From contig CDLV01000011.1 of NCBI GenBank assembly GCA_001244265.2, positions 496,001 to 560,000 on the forward strand: DNA of 64,000 nt, in the 5' to 3' direction. A program made the translations under genes and the position numbers. This stretch comes from Microbotryum violaceum. Taxonomy: Eukaryota. A model generated the notes under the pieces. It made no database searches. It was not told where the DNA came from and saw nothing but the letters and a program-made list of their open reading frames with translations. Shown one piece after another: positions 12,414-24,542 of this stretch (position 1 is its first letter; every line of letters starts with the position of its first letter).

Positions 12414-12559
12414 TTCGGTCCGGTTTGGGAGGGTTTGGGCCCCCGAATTTTCTGCGCGTGACTCCCGCGCTACTCTCTGTTTAATTTTCGCCTTTTCCTC
12501 CCACTCTCATCGAATTCTCGTGACAACCGCGCCGAGGCTTTGGCGCGAGGGTCACCACC

Positions 12560-14250
12560 ACCTCTTCCTGCGCAGAGCAAGTGCACAGGCCTCGAATCGC
12601 GCTCAAACCATTCAGGCCTCACGTTCCCATCCGCGACTACCTCGGCCCCAGATGGCCGTATGTACCCACTGCAGGGCTCGACACTGGGAGTGCGAAGGGA
12701 CGAAGTCGACCGGAAACTTCAGCACGTGCTGCTCGCAGGGCAAGGTGCAGCCACCTCCCTCTCTCCGGCCCAATCCCAACTTTCAACAGCTACTTGAAGG
12801 CTCGGATAGCGGTCAGTCTTTCCGTCCAACGACATTCGTCTGTGGTAGACCCACATGCTGAACTGTGCGACCCACCTACATAGAAGCTAAGGCATTCCGG
12901 CGTTCCGCGAGAATACCCGGTCGTACAATAATGCGCTGTCGTCCACTTCGCTCGCTGCCCACTTTGACTAGACTCGACCAGGCACTCAAGGACCCCGCAT
13001 GTTTCGGGTATTTCGTCGTCTTTACCATCGACTCGGCGCACTCTCGGCGCCATGATTCCTGCCGTCAATCAGCGCCCAACCTTGCCGAAACATGCCAGCT
13101 TATCTGCCCGGCCGAGGCCACCGACACTCAACTTGGACCCGACGGCGCGGACAGTCGCATACAAAGATCTTGACGAAGCTTGAGTCCATGTTGGGCACAG
13201 ACAATCGCTTTGTGGGGGAGTTCATATCGGCCAAAGCCCGCGCAGGTTGGGGTACGGCCAAAGAGTGGGTCTGCGCCTCTTGTCTACCACCTGGCCGGGA
13301 CCGACGCACCCACAACCTTCCTACGTGGAGCACAGAAATGGCGATGCTTATCCGCGATTCCGTCACCAACACGGGAAATCATGGGAAGACTTTATCCTCC
13401 AGATGCTCGGTGATCGATGTTCAGACGGTCTGCCCAAGTACCAAGTCATCAGCTCGCTCCATCCGTCAGCGTTGTCTCTCCGGTACCCACTACTATTTCC
13501 TGCAGGGCAAGATGGCTTCAAGCCCAACGTTTCTCTTTGCGGATTTCAACAAGCTGGGCTGCCAATTGCCCTGAGAGCAGATCGGCAATGGTGTCCAATT
13601 GCGCGAGGTACTTACCGGTCTCGGTCTTGATGACGAAGGCGAAGAGGAGGACGAAGACTGCGACGATGAGGATGAAGACGGCGAGGAAGGAACGAAGAGA
13701 ATGGTCACGGTGAACGTACGCGTCTTCGGCTCTTTCTCGGATGTCCCCTTATGTTTAAGGCGCAAGCACAGACTGACATTGAACTTTTGAACACCTAGGA
13801 CGAAGGTCAAGTAAAGGGGTCTCGCCTTCACAATTCTTTGCCCACTACCTGCCAAACTCGACGAGTACTTCTCAATCCCGCATTGCACCCAACGTCCCTT
13901 CCTGGAGTTTGTGATCGACGGATACTCCCAAGTCGAAACCGATCGACTCAACACATCCGGTTGCATCAAGAGAACCTATGCCTCACCACGACCCAAGGCA
14001 TCAACGGCTTGACCCCGAACCAAATTGGACGTTCGACGACCTTGGGCTCGACGTTCAAGAATAGACCGCGCGACATCACGCAGCGATACCAGAATGCGAT
14101 GGCGTGCGTTGTCAAACATGGAAAGCCTCCGCTGCTCATCACGATGACGTACGACCCCGAAGCACCGGAAATCAAGGCTGCACTGGGGCCGAATGACAAA
14201 GCATGCAGCCGTCCGGATCTCATTGCACAAGTGTTTGAAGCCAACTCCGG
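12560..14250 (+). mobile_element. Degenerate, 3'-truncated Helitron Rep/Helicase coding relic
   Basis: CTHCRARHWECE..FSTCCSQGKV Zn motif; ENTRSYNNALS; LYHRLGAL; LHPSALSLRYPLLFPAGQDG; GSTFKNRPRDITQRYQNAMACVVKHGKPPLLITMT..RPDLIAQVF (Helitron_like_N); stops and frameshifts present; no helicase seen. Confidence 0.9.
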
Positions 14251-15215
14251 CAACAAGCGACATGCAGGCTGTTTCGGCGATGAATGTAGAATGAATGGAT
14301 TTCATTTCTTTGCTGTATTTCGTATTGCGTTTTCTTAACCTCTGTGCTGAAATCATGTAGACTGTACGATTATCCTGCTATTTGAATTTCATCCTCCTGT
14401 TTGACGGGTTCCCACTGGTTTCTCAAAACAAAACAGGGGGATATCAAATGGCACACTCCGAGGGAGTGTAACGAAAATTGAATTGCGGATTTTGAAGAGT
14501 AACTGAGGATCGACTGATGGATCTGAGGTTTTGAGGATTTGCTTGAGGAGAATTGGGGGATTGTATTGGATATAGATCAAGTTTTAAGTCATAAAATTCA
14601 GCTAGTCTTGTTCAAAGACAGAATCTAACAAACGCTAGATCCGCTGGACCACCATACGATGTGTCATATATCATACACCCATATTGTATACGGGCCATTA
14701 CCTCGCTGGGAGGGCACACTTCTTTGCATGCATGGAGCGCCCCTCTCTCTAGGCGGACCAAGGTGATGCTTTACAAAATAGCCCATAAGTAGCCTCTGAG
14801 TAGCTAGAACTATCGAGTTCTAGTTACGGCTTGCTTTCAGCCTGCGTTCAAGAACGACGGATTGCATCTCATGCATTCCCAGCCACTTCTAGTGCTGGAG
14901 GCTGTGCGAATGTTCCTTAAGTTACTTGCCGATCTGCGACTATCAACGACGATCAACCTAATCCACCGTCCCAAACCCGAGGAAGGACTTGAATAAAAAA
15001 GACTATTTCACAGATCACGGAAACGTAAACCTGTGAAAAGAAGTCTCGGGCGTGAGCGTCTCGTGTCGGCCAAGCGGCCAAGGCCTTGGCCAAGGAATAC
15101 GACGAGCAGTCTCCGACTGAACGACGATTGTGCCGATCTCTGCTGATGTATTTGAATGGTGAGTATATCCCTTTAGTCACTTGATGATAATTCCACATTG
15201 TTATCTATTCTTATA

Positions 15216-16528
15216 TCACTTATTCGCATGCGGGTCAATACATACACTATCGCTTAATAAATGGCTTTGGGTTGAGCTTGGAGGCAAACTCCCCCACCGA
15301 GATCGAGGGAGCGAGTCGGTGCGGTCGACGTCGGGGTGAGAGCGGCTCCTGATCCGACTTCTGAATTGACTTACAGTGTAGTGCAGTTTGACTACAGCAA
15401 CAAGCGGGCAGATAGTGGTCCTATGCGGACGAAAGGAAATGCTGCTGCGAAGGGTAGTTAATAAACAAGACAACATAACGCGAGCATGCAGTTGGGCCAT
15501 CCATCTCAAGCAGCAGGCCAGCGGTGACGAACCGCAGCCCTCACACAAACCGAGGCTTATAAACGGTGCATCGGTCCGTCCCTGCGAGCCGTGCGAGCCG
15601 CTATCCGTCTCTTGCGACTCGCTGTCGGTACAAGTAGGGAGGAGAGCCGCGATCCCCAGGATCTCGTCGTCTTTAGGCATGAAATTTGGCCTCGTGTCAG
15701 TCACGACGTCAAAGTCGGTAGGAAAAGTTTTACCGTCGAAAACGATGCCACCGCGTCCTGCAAATGTACACGTTCACGTTGGGACGCAACCTGGGTTCAG
15801 TCGAATGTTTCCCATGCGGCGATCGGTAAGAATCCAGAGACCTACTCTTGAAATGGTCCAGCTCGCCCCATAGAAACCCGGAGGGTCCAGGCGTTGGATC
15901 GGGGGTTTGGAAGTAGGCCACGCGATCCTTTCGAAACGACGGCAGCGATCCGAGACGAAGGATTAGATTGTCGGATCGTCGAAGAGGAGGGTCGAGCTTG
16001 GGGTGCTTAGCATTGTATTGGGAGATGAATCTGTCCCGGAGGGCGTTTATGACTTGTAAGATCAAATGTGAACACGGGCTGGGGCGAGTCAGACAGTACG
16101 CAGCAGCTACAACGCGGACGTCACGGGGACATACAGAAGTACTTACGGTAGCCAGAGTACTTGATGATCCTCCAATAATCGTTGCAGAGGCCACGCTCAC
16201 CGAGATAAAACCTCTTCAACTCTAGCCAAGCCGCCCAAACATCTGGAGAAAAGATGTTCCAGCTCGAACGTTGCTCAAGTCGAGTCCCAACCTGCTTGCA
16301 GTAGATTGCGCGTGCCTTGGTGTAGGCCTTGAGCTCTCGCCACGTCGTCTCGGAGACGGCCTGCCAAATGATCTCGGCTTCCTTGTAAAAGCGGGCTTCC
16401 GGCTGGCGAACAGCGTACTCGAAGAAGCGAAACATCATGTCGGGAAGGAAGTGCTCTCTTCGGTCGATCAGTACTCGCAGTGGGATGCCCTTGACGCGGG
16501 TTGCAGCTGGCGATTCGGGCACGGTCAT
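15216..16528 (-). CDS. Copy 2 of duplicated orphan gene (possibly intact, about 3 exons; 3' end uncertain)
   Basis: MTVPESPAATRVKGIPLRVLIDRREHFLPDMMFRFF...WRIIKYSGY, gtaagt intron, INALRDRFISQYNAKHPKLDPP, last exon DFDVVTDTRPNFMPKDDEILGIAALLPT. Confidence 0.55.
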
Positions 16529-16802
16529 GCTGGTGCGGAGAAGTGGCTGCGGTAGCAAGTGCTACGCTGGAGTGACGCTTTGAGGTCAACGAGCAAGTCA
16601 ACAATCGAACAACGACACCCGCACGGACGAGAAGGCGTGGGACAGACCAGGACAGGAAGGGACTGAGCACGAGCAGCAAAGTCAGTAGGCTAGGAGCGAA
16701 CACGCCCATGAGGTACTTAAGAGGGAGGCGGGAGGCACACGCCGCTGGATCAGGCCCTATTAGGCCGGGTGCACACCGTTCTTTTGTGGGAAAATAGTAG
16801 AT

Positions 16803-16955
16803 CAATTTGCGAACCGGGATCGATATGACGCTGTGTTCGTCACAGCGCCAACAGGTTCAGGCAAAAGTGTTATTTTCGAAGCAATGTATCTCATTTATGG
16901 ACGCCGGGCCGTCACCATTGTTGTCAGTCCACTGAATGCACTGAGCAATCATCAG
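16803..16955 (+). pseudogene. RecQ-like SF2 helicase fragment (motifs I and Ia)
   Basis: DAVFVTAPTGSGKSVIF...TIVVSPLNALSNHQ followed by an intron gtgagt...gctgat ttccag, then truncated. Confidence 0.8.
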
Positions 16956-17004
16956 GTGAGTTTTTCTGCCGACTGGGCTTGCTGGACCGACATCCGTGCT
17001 GATT

Positions 17005-18110
17005 TCCAGCGCCGGCAATATCTTCGTTCTGAATGTGGGCGTAACCAAAAGTTCCATGAAGCAGCTCGGTTCGTCGATATAATTGCTGATCGTTGACGTG
17101 ATGTGTGACGTCAATGTTGTCGACGGTCACATGGAAGTACTTGTTCGAGCCAATCTCCTTCAGTTTCGTCGAATTCGCCTTCGTCAAGCTCGCAGCTGCC
17201 TGTAGAGTCGCCCAGCGAGATGTCGTCAAGCCGCAATCGTACAGAAATGTTGTCAATCGGTCGTTCGCTCCACATGCGAGAGTCATGAGACCGTTGCGAT
17301 ACTGCATGGCGTTGTTCCTTCGGTTGCAAGCGAATGCGATCTGACCCATGACACTGCGGTAAAGCTGCGGCCAGCGTGTTGATCTTTGGTGTCAGTTCGC
17401 TGCGATACCCAGCCGGGTCAGAAATACTCACAAACTCGATACGCCTTTTTTCGTGACCAGGCTCTTGCTCTTGCTCTGGATTGGAACCATTCTCCGGGGT
17501 GGCTTCTTCCATCTCGACATCAGTGGAGGCTGTTGGGTCCTTGTCGCAATTGATTGGCTCAGCCGGTGGTGGGTCTCCGCACTGTGATAGCAAGTTACGA
17601 ATCCGTCCGCTGATAAAAAGGGTTGTCTTCGGCGATTGCATCGAGCCGGGCGTCGATGTAATCGGATGCGAGGACTTCGGGAGTCAAGTCATGACTAGCG
17701 ACGAAGGCGGACTTGGTTCGCTTCATCTCTTTAACGATGAACGAGTCGGCCTGCACTCGGATAAGGCAAGTATTCAGTAGCTTTTTCGAATCCGGAGAAC
17801 CAATCCGAGAAGTACGAAATGCTGCCCACCTGCTCGGCGATCCAGTCATTGATTCGGCTGCTTGACTCTGCGCCATCCTCACGTGCAAGTCGTATAATGA
17901 GATCAAGTACACGCTTGAGGCTGGACTAGTTGCTGTTGAACAGCTGTGGTCGGTGTGTTTGAACGCCTTCAATCGTGTGGATGGGCTGAAGTACCACGAC
18001 AGGTATTGACATAACGAGAGATCGCGGCTACAAAATTCAGCGAATATATAGATCCGCCTCGCGGCGGTTGTTCTGGCGAGTTGATGAGGTATAGCGTCTG
18101 CTTGTTCGGG
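17005..18110 (-). pseudogene. DUF6589-type (Academ-like) transposase fragment, frameshifted and C-terminally deleted
   Basis: QIAFACNRRNNAMQYRNGLMTLACGANDRLTTFLYDCGLTTSR...VTVDNIDV..H....LLHGTFGYAH resembles rust-fungal DUF6589 proteins; frameshifts near 17615 and 17355. Confidence 0.7.
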
Positions 18111-18654
18111 TCATTTTTGGTTTTAGATATTGTCGCGCTTAATGTGGTTGACGGTGATCGTGAAAAGAGGAGAACAGCGAAGCGTACGCAAGGTGATCAA
18201 GCCGAACGGAGCAGGCTCGCCGATGATGAGAGCGCCAATTACACGATGCGCTCGGACCATCTGAGGCCCGATCGACCGAAGTCGCAGACTTTGGATCGCT
18301 GTAGCTCCACCCACAGCTTATGAAAGCTCTCGCCACTTGGGGTATGTCATTTTTAGAGCATAAAGAAAAATAGAGTCCCTCACTTTTGCATGAATGTAAG
18401 TATTTGCCAAGTTACAGAGAATCACCCCAAAATGGCCCTGAAATCTCGGAGGGCAACCGGGCCAAGCACGCCGATAACTCGTAAGCCCCTCCTAGAGGGA
18501 GGGCTTAGTTGAGTTTAGCCCAAAGGGAGGGGCGTCGAGCTTAGCTCGCACCCTTGTTCGAACTCGCGCGTGCCGGCTCCGAGTAAGCTCTCACTACTCC
18601 GAACAACGGAGGCGAGTCGCACCTCACAAGTGCAAGGACTCACAGCGGCTTCCG

Positions 18655-18693
18655 CGGGGGGGCGGGGGGGGGGGGGGGGGGGTGGGGGGTGGG
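18655..18693 (+). repeat. Poly-G tract (G-quadruplex-capable)
   Basis: ~39-nt almost pure G run. Confidence 0.9.
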
Positions 18694-18819
18694 ACTGTAG
18701 GGAGATAGGTATCTGAGCACCTAGAATGGGAATGGGTAGGTGGGATTTGCATTGCATCGCTTGGGCCTGGCGCCCTTTCGGGAGCTTACTTGATCCTGGA
18801 AATTATCCCCTCAAGATTC

Positions 18820-18905
18820 CTCTTCCTTTCTCTCTCTCTCTCTTTTTCTCTCTCTATCTTCTTCTTTTTCTCTCTCTATCTTCTTCTTCATCCTCCATCC
18901 CTTCA
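18820..18905 (+). repeat. CT-rich microsatellite/pyrimidine tract upstream of membrane-protein gene
   Basis: (CT)n and TCT repeats. Confidence 0.8.
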
Positions 18906-19031
18906 TCTCCATCACCAAGTACCACCGAGACTTGCAGCAATCACTGCCCTGCTCTTTTTTTTTTTGAGCATCTTCAATCTCCTCCACCGATCCTCATTCG
19001 CTCCCAATAACCCTCGCATCGCACGTCCACC

Positions 19032-20375
19032 ATGCCTTCGGCTCCAATCGGAATCGCTCTTGTGGGGGGTATTCCAACGAAATCCCAAGATCTCCCAAGG
19101 TGGGTAGGATCTGACCCCAAGTGTTGCATCATACGTCCGACCAGACTACAGAGACCTGATGAATCGTATTTGCGTACCCGCATTCTGAAGCTCCATCATC
19201 TTCGCCATCGCTTTCGCGATCCTGGCTCCGTTGGCGATCTATCGATTCTTGCAGCCGTCATCGCGCACGACGACCTTGATCCGACCGGCCATCTTCATCG
19301 TCGCCCGTATCGCTACCTATTGCATCCGAGCCGTCATCGCGGATGGTGACTACGCGATCGGTCTTTTCACCGCTGAACTTGCAAGTCCCTCGCTCGCTAT
19401 CAATTCCGAGCTCGAGCGGTACCCTTTGGCGCCAGTCGAGTCAGGGTCAGAACGAACGCTAATTTTGACCACATTCCCTCGCTTGTCATAGATCCTCCTT
19501 TTGACGGGATTCATCCTCCTGTGCGAACCTCTGCTCAGTATGCTCGAAGCGCATGTCACACGGCACCGTGAACCTTCAATCTACAACAAAGACTTGATGG
19601 ACCGTGCGGTGCGTTTGCTCAAGTTGGCGCTCCTCATCGCCCTGATTCTCGGCATTGTCGTGAGTTCCCCTTGCGCCTTTGCTATTCGTATGATATGGTG
19701 ATATCTAATGCGCTTTCATTCTACTCCATGTCCAAAAGGCCGGTTCTTCCGTCAGTGGTGTGGAGGAAGGAACGGGGAGTCTCTCGTCGTACAAAGCCGA
19801 GCGGTGAGTCACCTACCACGCCTCCTATTCCCCTCTCATCTCCCGCTCGATCTCGTTTGCTCATCCGATGTGTCCCTTATCTTTTTCTCGTCCGCAGCAA
19901 CGCGAACGTCATCATCTGTCTTGCCGTTGTCGTTCTCACCATCGCCGTCTCTTTGATCGCACAAGCACAACAATCCCTCCCCATGACCGCGACTCTGCAC
20001 CTGATCGTTTGCGCGGCGCTGCTCGTGAGTTTTTGCGTTGTCCCCTGTTCCCTGTGTCTCCTCGCCACGCGGAACTCAATAACTCAAATCACCCTTTATC
20101 TTTCCCTTCAGGCTTTGAACGCCATCTTTAAGCTCTACACCTACCTCAGCCCCGGCGACCCCTTGTCTACTAGCACCAAAGTGCTGTTCTACGTCCTCCT
20201 TTCAACGCCCGAGTGGATCGCAACCTTGCTCTACCTCGTCTTCAACATCCAGGAGTTGTACCAGCTGCAAGACCACTCCAAGAAGGTTAAGGAGGAGAAA
20301 AGACTGAAGAAGGCGGCCAAGAATGGTGGGGGAGCTTACGATTTGGAACAAGGCAAGAGCTCTCTATCCCGATGA
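19032..20375 (+). CDS. Multipass membrane protein (RTA1-like fungal family), spliced
   Basis: GGIPTKSQDLP/SSIIFAIAFA, FIVARIATYCIRA, ILLLTGFILL, KVLFYVLLSTPEWIATLLY; about 7 hydrophobic segments. Confidence 0.75.
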
Positions 20376-20523
20376 GAATGCTGTGATGGTCAGTTCCCGC
20401 TCTCTCTGAGCTTGTATCACTTTGTCAGTTTCGTGACACCATTCTGGAAGTAGTAATTTACTATTGGTTGTGCTTGGTACTCCTTTTGGCACATGCAACT
20501 ATAGAAGTTTTGATTTCGACGTT

Positions 20524-21507
20524 TCAGGGTTTCTCGGCCTGCTTGTCCACGTCATCGACGGTCAAGATCCCTTCTCGGACATTGTCCACTCCACACGCGC
20601 GACAGACGACCTCGATCTCCTCGTGCAATGATCGCACTTGCTCGCGAGGGATCCCACGTCGGATCGCGCCACCTGCGAAAACCTTGGATTCTCAGTAAAC
20701 GAGCGCCTTCAACCGAGCAGAATCTAAAGCCGACTCACGGAGATGCCACAAGATTTCCCTCGGTGTTCGTTGCGGTACGATCGTCGATAAGGTCAGAATG
20801 CTCAGCAAGGTCGAGTCCTGATCGAAAGGATCTGGCGAGGTGTCCGGTGTCTTGTCCGCGTGAGGGACTAGGTAGGTACCATAGGTGATGTTCTGGGCGA
20901 ACCAACCTGCGCAACTCGGAATGCTCGATCAGTTTCGAAGGAAGGACGACTTCTTAATTAGGGACGCGGGGAACTACTCACGAATGTCTTTCAGATACGG
21001 ATCCATCGTGTTGAAGATGCCAACAATGTCCTTTTGGTACACGGTGCTGATCCCTTTCATCCCAATCTCGGCCCTCTCCCGATTCGACCTTGAGCGGTCC
21101 AACTCGTCCCTGACGAACGAATCATCCTTGGCTTCGACGGGGACGACTTTATCCAATTCGAGCAAAGCCTCGAACGCTCTTGGTGCACCGATCACGCACG
21201 ATGATTTGGTCAGCGCTTCTTTCATGTAGCGGACGACGAGACGATGAGGGTTCGTTTCGTCCTTGGGCAGAGGAGGGCTAGCTGCGACGGCGGAGGGCGG
21301 GGAGGGAAGTTCAGAGGTCGCAAAGGCGTAGATGTGTGGGACCCATTGGTGGGCATGTCCTAGGGTCGTTGATACGAGGAGAGGGACGAGGAAGAAGGCC
21401 GGCGAGGAACGTTGCAAGGTCGGGATCCGCCGGCGAGCTTGGGTGAGCAGCTCGGGCAGAAACGACGAGGCGAGCGAGGAAGCGTCCAAAGGGGTGACGT
21501 AGCGCAT
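20524..21507 (-). CDS. AhpD-like/carboxymuconolactone decarboxylase-fold protein, spliced
   Basis: MKEALTKSSCVIGAPRAFEAL, ERAEIGMKGISTVY, WFAQNITYGTYL, PREILWHLR/GSIRRG motifs typical of the fungal AhpD-like family. Confidence 0.7.
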
Positions 21508-22073
21508 AGCGCGGGAGTAGTCCGAGGCGAGGAGGTTATGGAGTGAATCTAGAAGAGAAAGGAGGGTCACTACGATGATCAGCTGCGTAGTCCCCGACCA
21601 AGTCGCGTCAAGGCTGTAGGCGGTGTAAAGACCGAGCCGACGAGGCCATGACTCGGAGCTGTGTCTTTTGTGGGGGCCGCTGTGCGCTGAATTGGGAAAG
21701 TGAGCTTGCGGTGCCTCGGTTGAATTCGAGCTCGGGACGGCATAATGCGACAGCACTTTCGCGTGGAACAATTCGGAGTGAATCCAGGACAGGAGACAAT
21801 CTCCGGATAAATCTGCACATTGAACCGAGTTGTCACATGAGTCGGTACGAGGTGCTGCCAACGCTGGGCGTGCGACCGTGGCCCGCGTAACTTGGGTGAA
21901 GTCGGCTGGCTTGGCAAGTCACGTGCTTCGCAACGGTTGCGGCGTCGGCGAGTAGAGCTCCGGCTTGCCGTCGGCTTCGGCTTCTCATCGCGCTGCTCAA
22001 GCGCTCAAGACTGCACAGCGGATCCACACGAGTCACTCGCCGACCGCTCGAGGGGCACAGCATTTATCGCAAC

Positions 22074-23681
22074 ATGTATCGAACATCACTAGTATCGTAT
22101 CTGCCAAGAACCCGCGGCACTACCTCCGTTCGGTTGTCAGTCGGAGCCGGCGGTCGGCAAGCAGTGTCGGCATCCTTCTCCACCAGCTCGAGCTCGCAGG
22201 CCCAGAGGACCGTAAAGGTGCGCACTTGCTACCGTACTCCTTCCAGCATATTCCACTTGAGATGAGCGGTTCTGACTTGCTGCACCCCCTACTACATCGT
22301 CTTTGCGTGCGTGACCGTTCTGGGCCCCACCTTTGTGTCGTCGTGCGATTCACCGCCGCCAGCTCATCGAAGTTGGCCCTCGGGATGGGCTGCAGAACGA
22401 AAAGGCCGTCCTGACAGCCGACCTCAAGACATCGCTCATCACCAAATTGGCCAATGTGGGACTGAGGACGATCGAAGCGGGCTCCTTCGTCGCTCCTAAA
22501 TGGGTAGGCTCGAGTTCTCACCAGCTCCTCTGCGTTTGCTGATTCGGGGTAATTTCATCCCCCAAGGTGCCCCAAATGGCTTCTACGAGCCAAGTCATGA
22601 CCTCAACTGCGCTCGATGCTTTGCGCGAACACTACGGCGATTCGCTCTCGCTGCCCGTCCTCATCCCGAACGCCAAGGGCCTCTCGACCTTCCTCTCCCT
22701 TCTCGAAGCCCAACCCCGTTCATCCGTCCGCCTCTCCAATGAAATAGCGCTCTTCATCGCCGCCTCCGAAGGTTTTTCCAAAGCGAACCTCAATACGACC
22801 ATTCAAGCCTCCCTCGATTCTCTCCCACCGTTGATCGAACAAGCCAAAACCAAAGGGCTCAAAGTCCGAGCATACATTTCGACCGTCCTAGGTTGCCCTT
22901 TCGACGGTCGAGTCGACAAGACCAAAGTCGCGGATTTGAGTAAGAGTTTGTTGGATATGGGAGCCTATGAAGTCAGTTTGGGGGATACGATTGGGGTCGG
23001 GACGCCCAAGGGATGGGAGGAGTTAATCGAGCTGTGTCGGACGAAAGGGGTCGATGTCGACAAGTTGGCGGTGAGTGCATCAGAGTTTGTCGTCTAGATT
23101 TTCGATGCAGACCTCTGACCATCGCTTTCTCGTTGAACGAGTTACTGCTTCCCCGATAGGCGCATTGTCATGACACGTACGGAACGGCCGTCGCGAACGT
23201 GCTGAAATGTGTCGAGGTAAGTTTCGCCAGTGGATCCCAAGCTCGCTTAGACTCAGGAGCACATCGTGCTGCTCGCTCGAATCAAACAACATTTCCATTA
23301 AAAGTGCAACATGACTCATGAACCTTGTATTCCATCTCCCAGCTCGGCATTTCGTCCCTCGATACCTCGATCGGCGGTCTAGGAGGTTGCCCCTATTCGC
23401 CCGGTGCGACAGGCAACGTCGCGACTGAAGACGTAATATACGCCCTCGAAAGCTCGGGAATATCAACCTCACTCTTACCCTCCCCTCTATCTTCCTCCGC
23501 TCCTGAAGATCTGCTGGATCTTGGAAGTGAAAGGGCCAAAAAATTCGTCGAGATCGCGGAGGTGGGAGAATGGGTCAGTGCGGAGTTGGGGAGAACGAAT
23601 GCGAGTCGCGCGGGGGCGGCGGCGGTCAAGAGGATGAGGTGGTTGAGGGAGAAGGAGGAGAAGAGAAAGGCCAAGTTGTAG
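22074..23681 (+). CDS. HMGCL: Hydroxymethylglutaryl-CoA lyase, mitochondrial, spliced
   Basis: [70 protein letters not shown]; Arg/Ser-rich presequence. Confidence 0.95.
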
Positions 23682-23848
23682 CTCAAGTGTGTAATGGAAG
23701 TACTGTGTAGCAACTGGTCACCTCGCGAGGATGCTCGTTCGAGGGCTGCGAGACCCTCTCCGGAACTGCACCGAGTATTCGGCATATAACGATTCAATGC
23801 GATAGGATTACACTGCTGGTACAATAAAGCTGCGTTCTTTGATCCCGT

Positions 23849-24542
23849 CTATACAGCCACTGCTGATGATTTGCTCTTGACTTCGGCTCCGCCGCCCGTG
23901 AGCAACTGCTGCTGAGTTTCTTGCTTCTGTTTGAGCTGCGTCTGGATGTACACAAGATCCATCTTCTTCTTGTCCAAGTTGGCGTCCAGCTCCTTCAAAT
24001 TCCCTTCAACGCGTTCACTGTTTGAGTTGATGTCCAAACGATGCGAACGATCAGACTGGGCAATCGATCTAGGCCGAAGAGATTGACCCCGCGAACGTAC
24101 ATCTCCGAATTGATGAACTGCAACCTCTTTTCGACGTTGGCCTTGGCCTCTGTCGGGTCCTGTTTGAGCAAGACGGGGCCGACGAGCTTGTAGACCGAGT
24201 TGTCCGGTGTCAGAGTCGCAAATTCCTGGGGTTTGAGATGGAAAGGGTTCATTCAGTCGAAGCGAGAGGTGAAGCTCGTGGGTTTGATCGCACACCTTTT
24301 GTACGGCTTGGGATTCGGATTGTTGAGCATCCAGCCTTTGACGATGGGCGACCGCTTTGGAGTAGTCTGGAATGGATGCTCAAGCACTTGATCAGCCAGT
24401 CGAACGAGGGGAAGGTTGGGAGGATCGTACGCGACGAGCTGCGCGATTGAGAGCGTGTTCTTGTGGAGGTGGTCGACTGACCGGCTTGTAATTTCGAGTA
24501 TTCGGCTGTGCCGGCTTGGTATTGCGCTTCGAGAGATGCCAT
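23849..24542 (-). CDS. PFDN6: Prefoldin subunit 6 (YKE2/PFDN6), spliced
   Basis: VYKLVGPVLLKQDPTEAKANVEKRLQFINSE; LDAQQSE. Confidence 0.9.

Larger units (their letters stand above)
16803..18596. mobile_element. Internally deleted AcademH-like DNA transposon (convergent helicase and transposase)
   Basis: Convergent RecQ fragment and DUF6589-like fragment fused at ~17005; hairpin at 18482-18507; candidate ...CTCTCACTA end at 18596 (boundary tentative). Confidence 0.55.
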
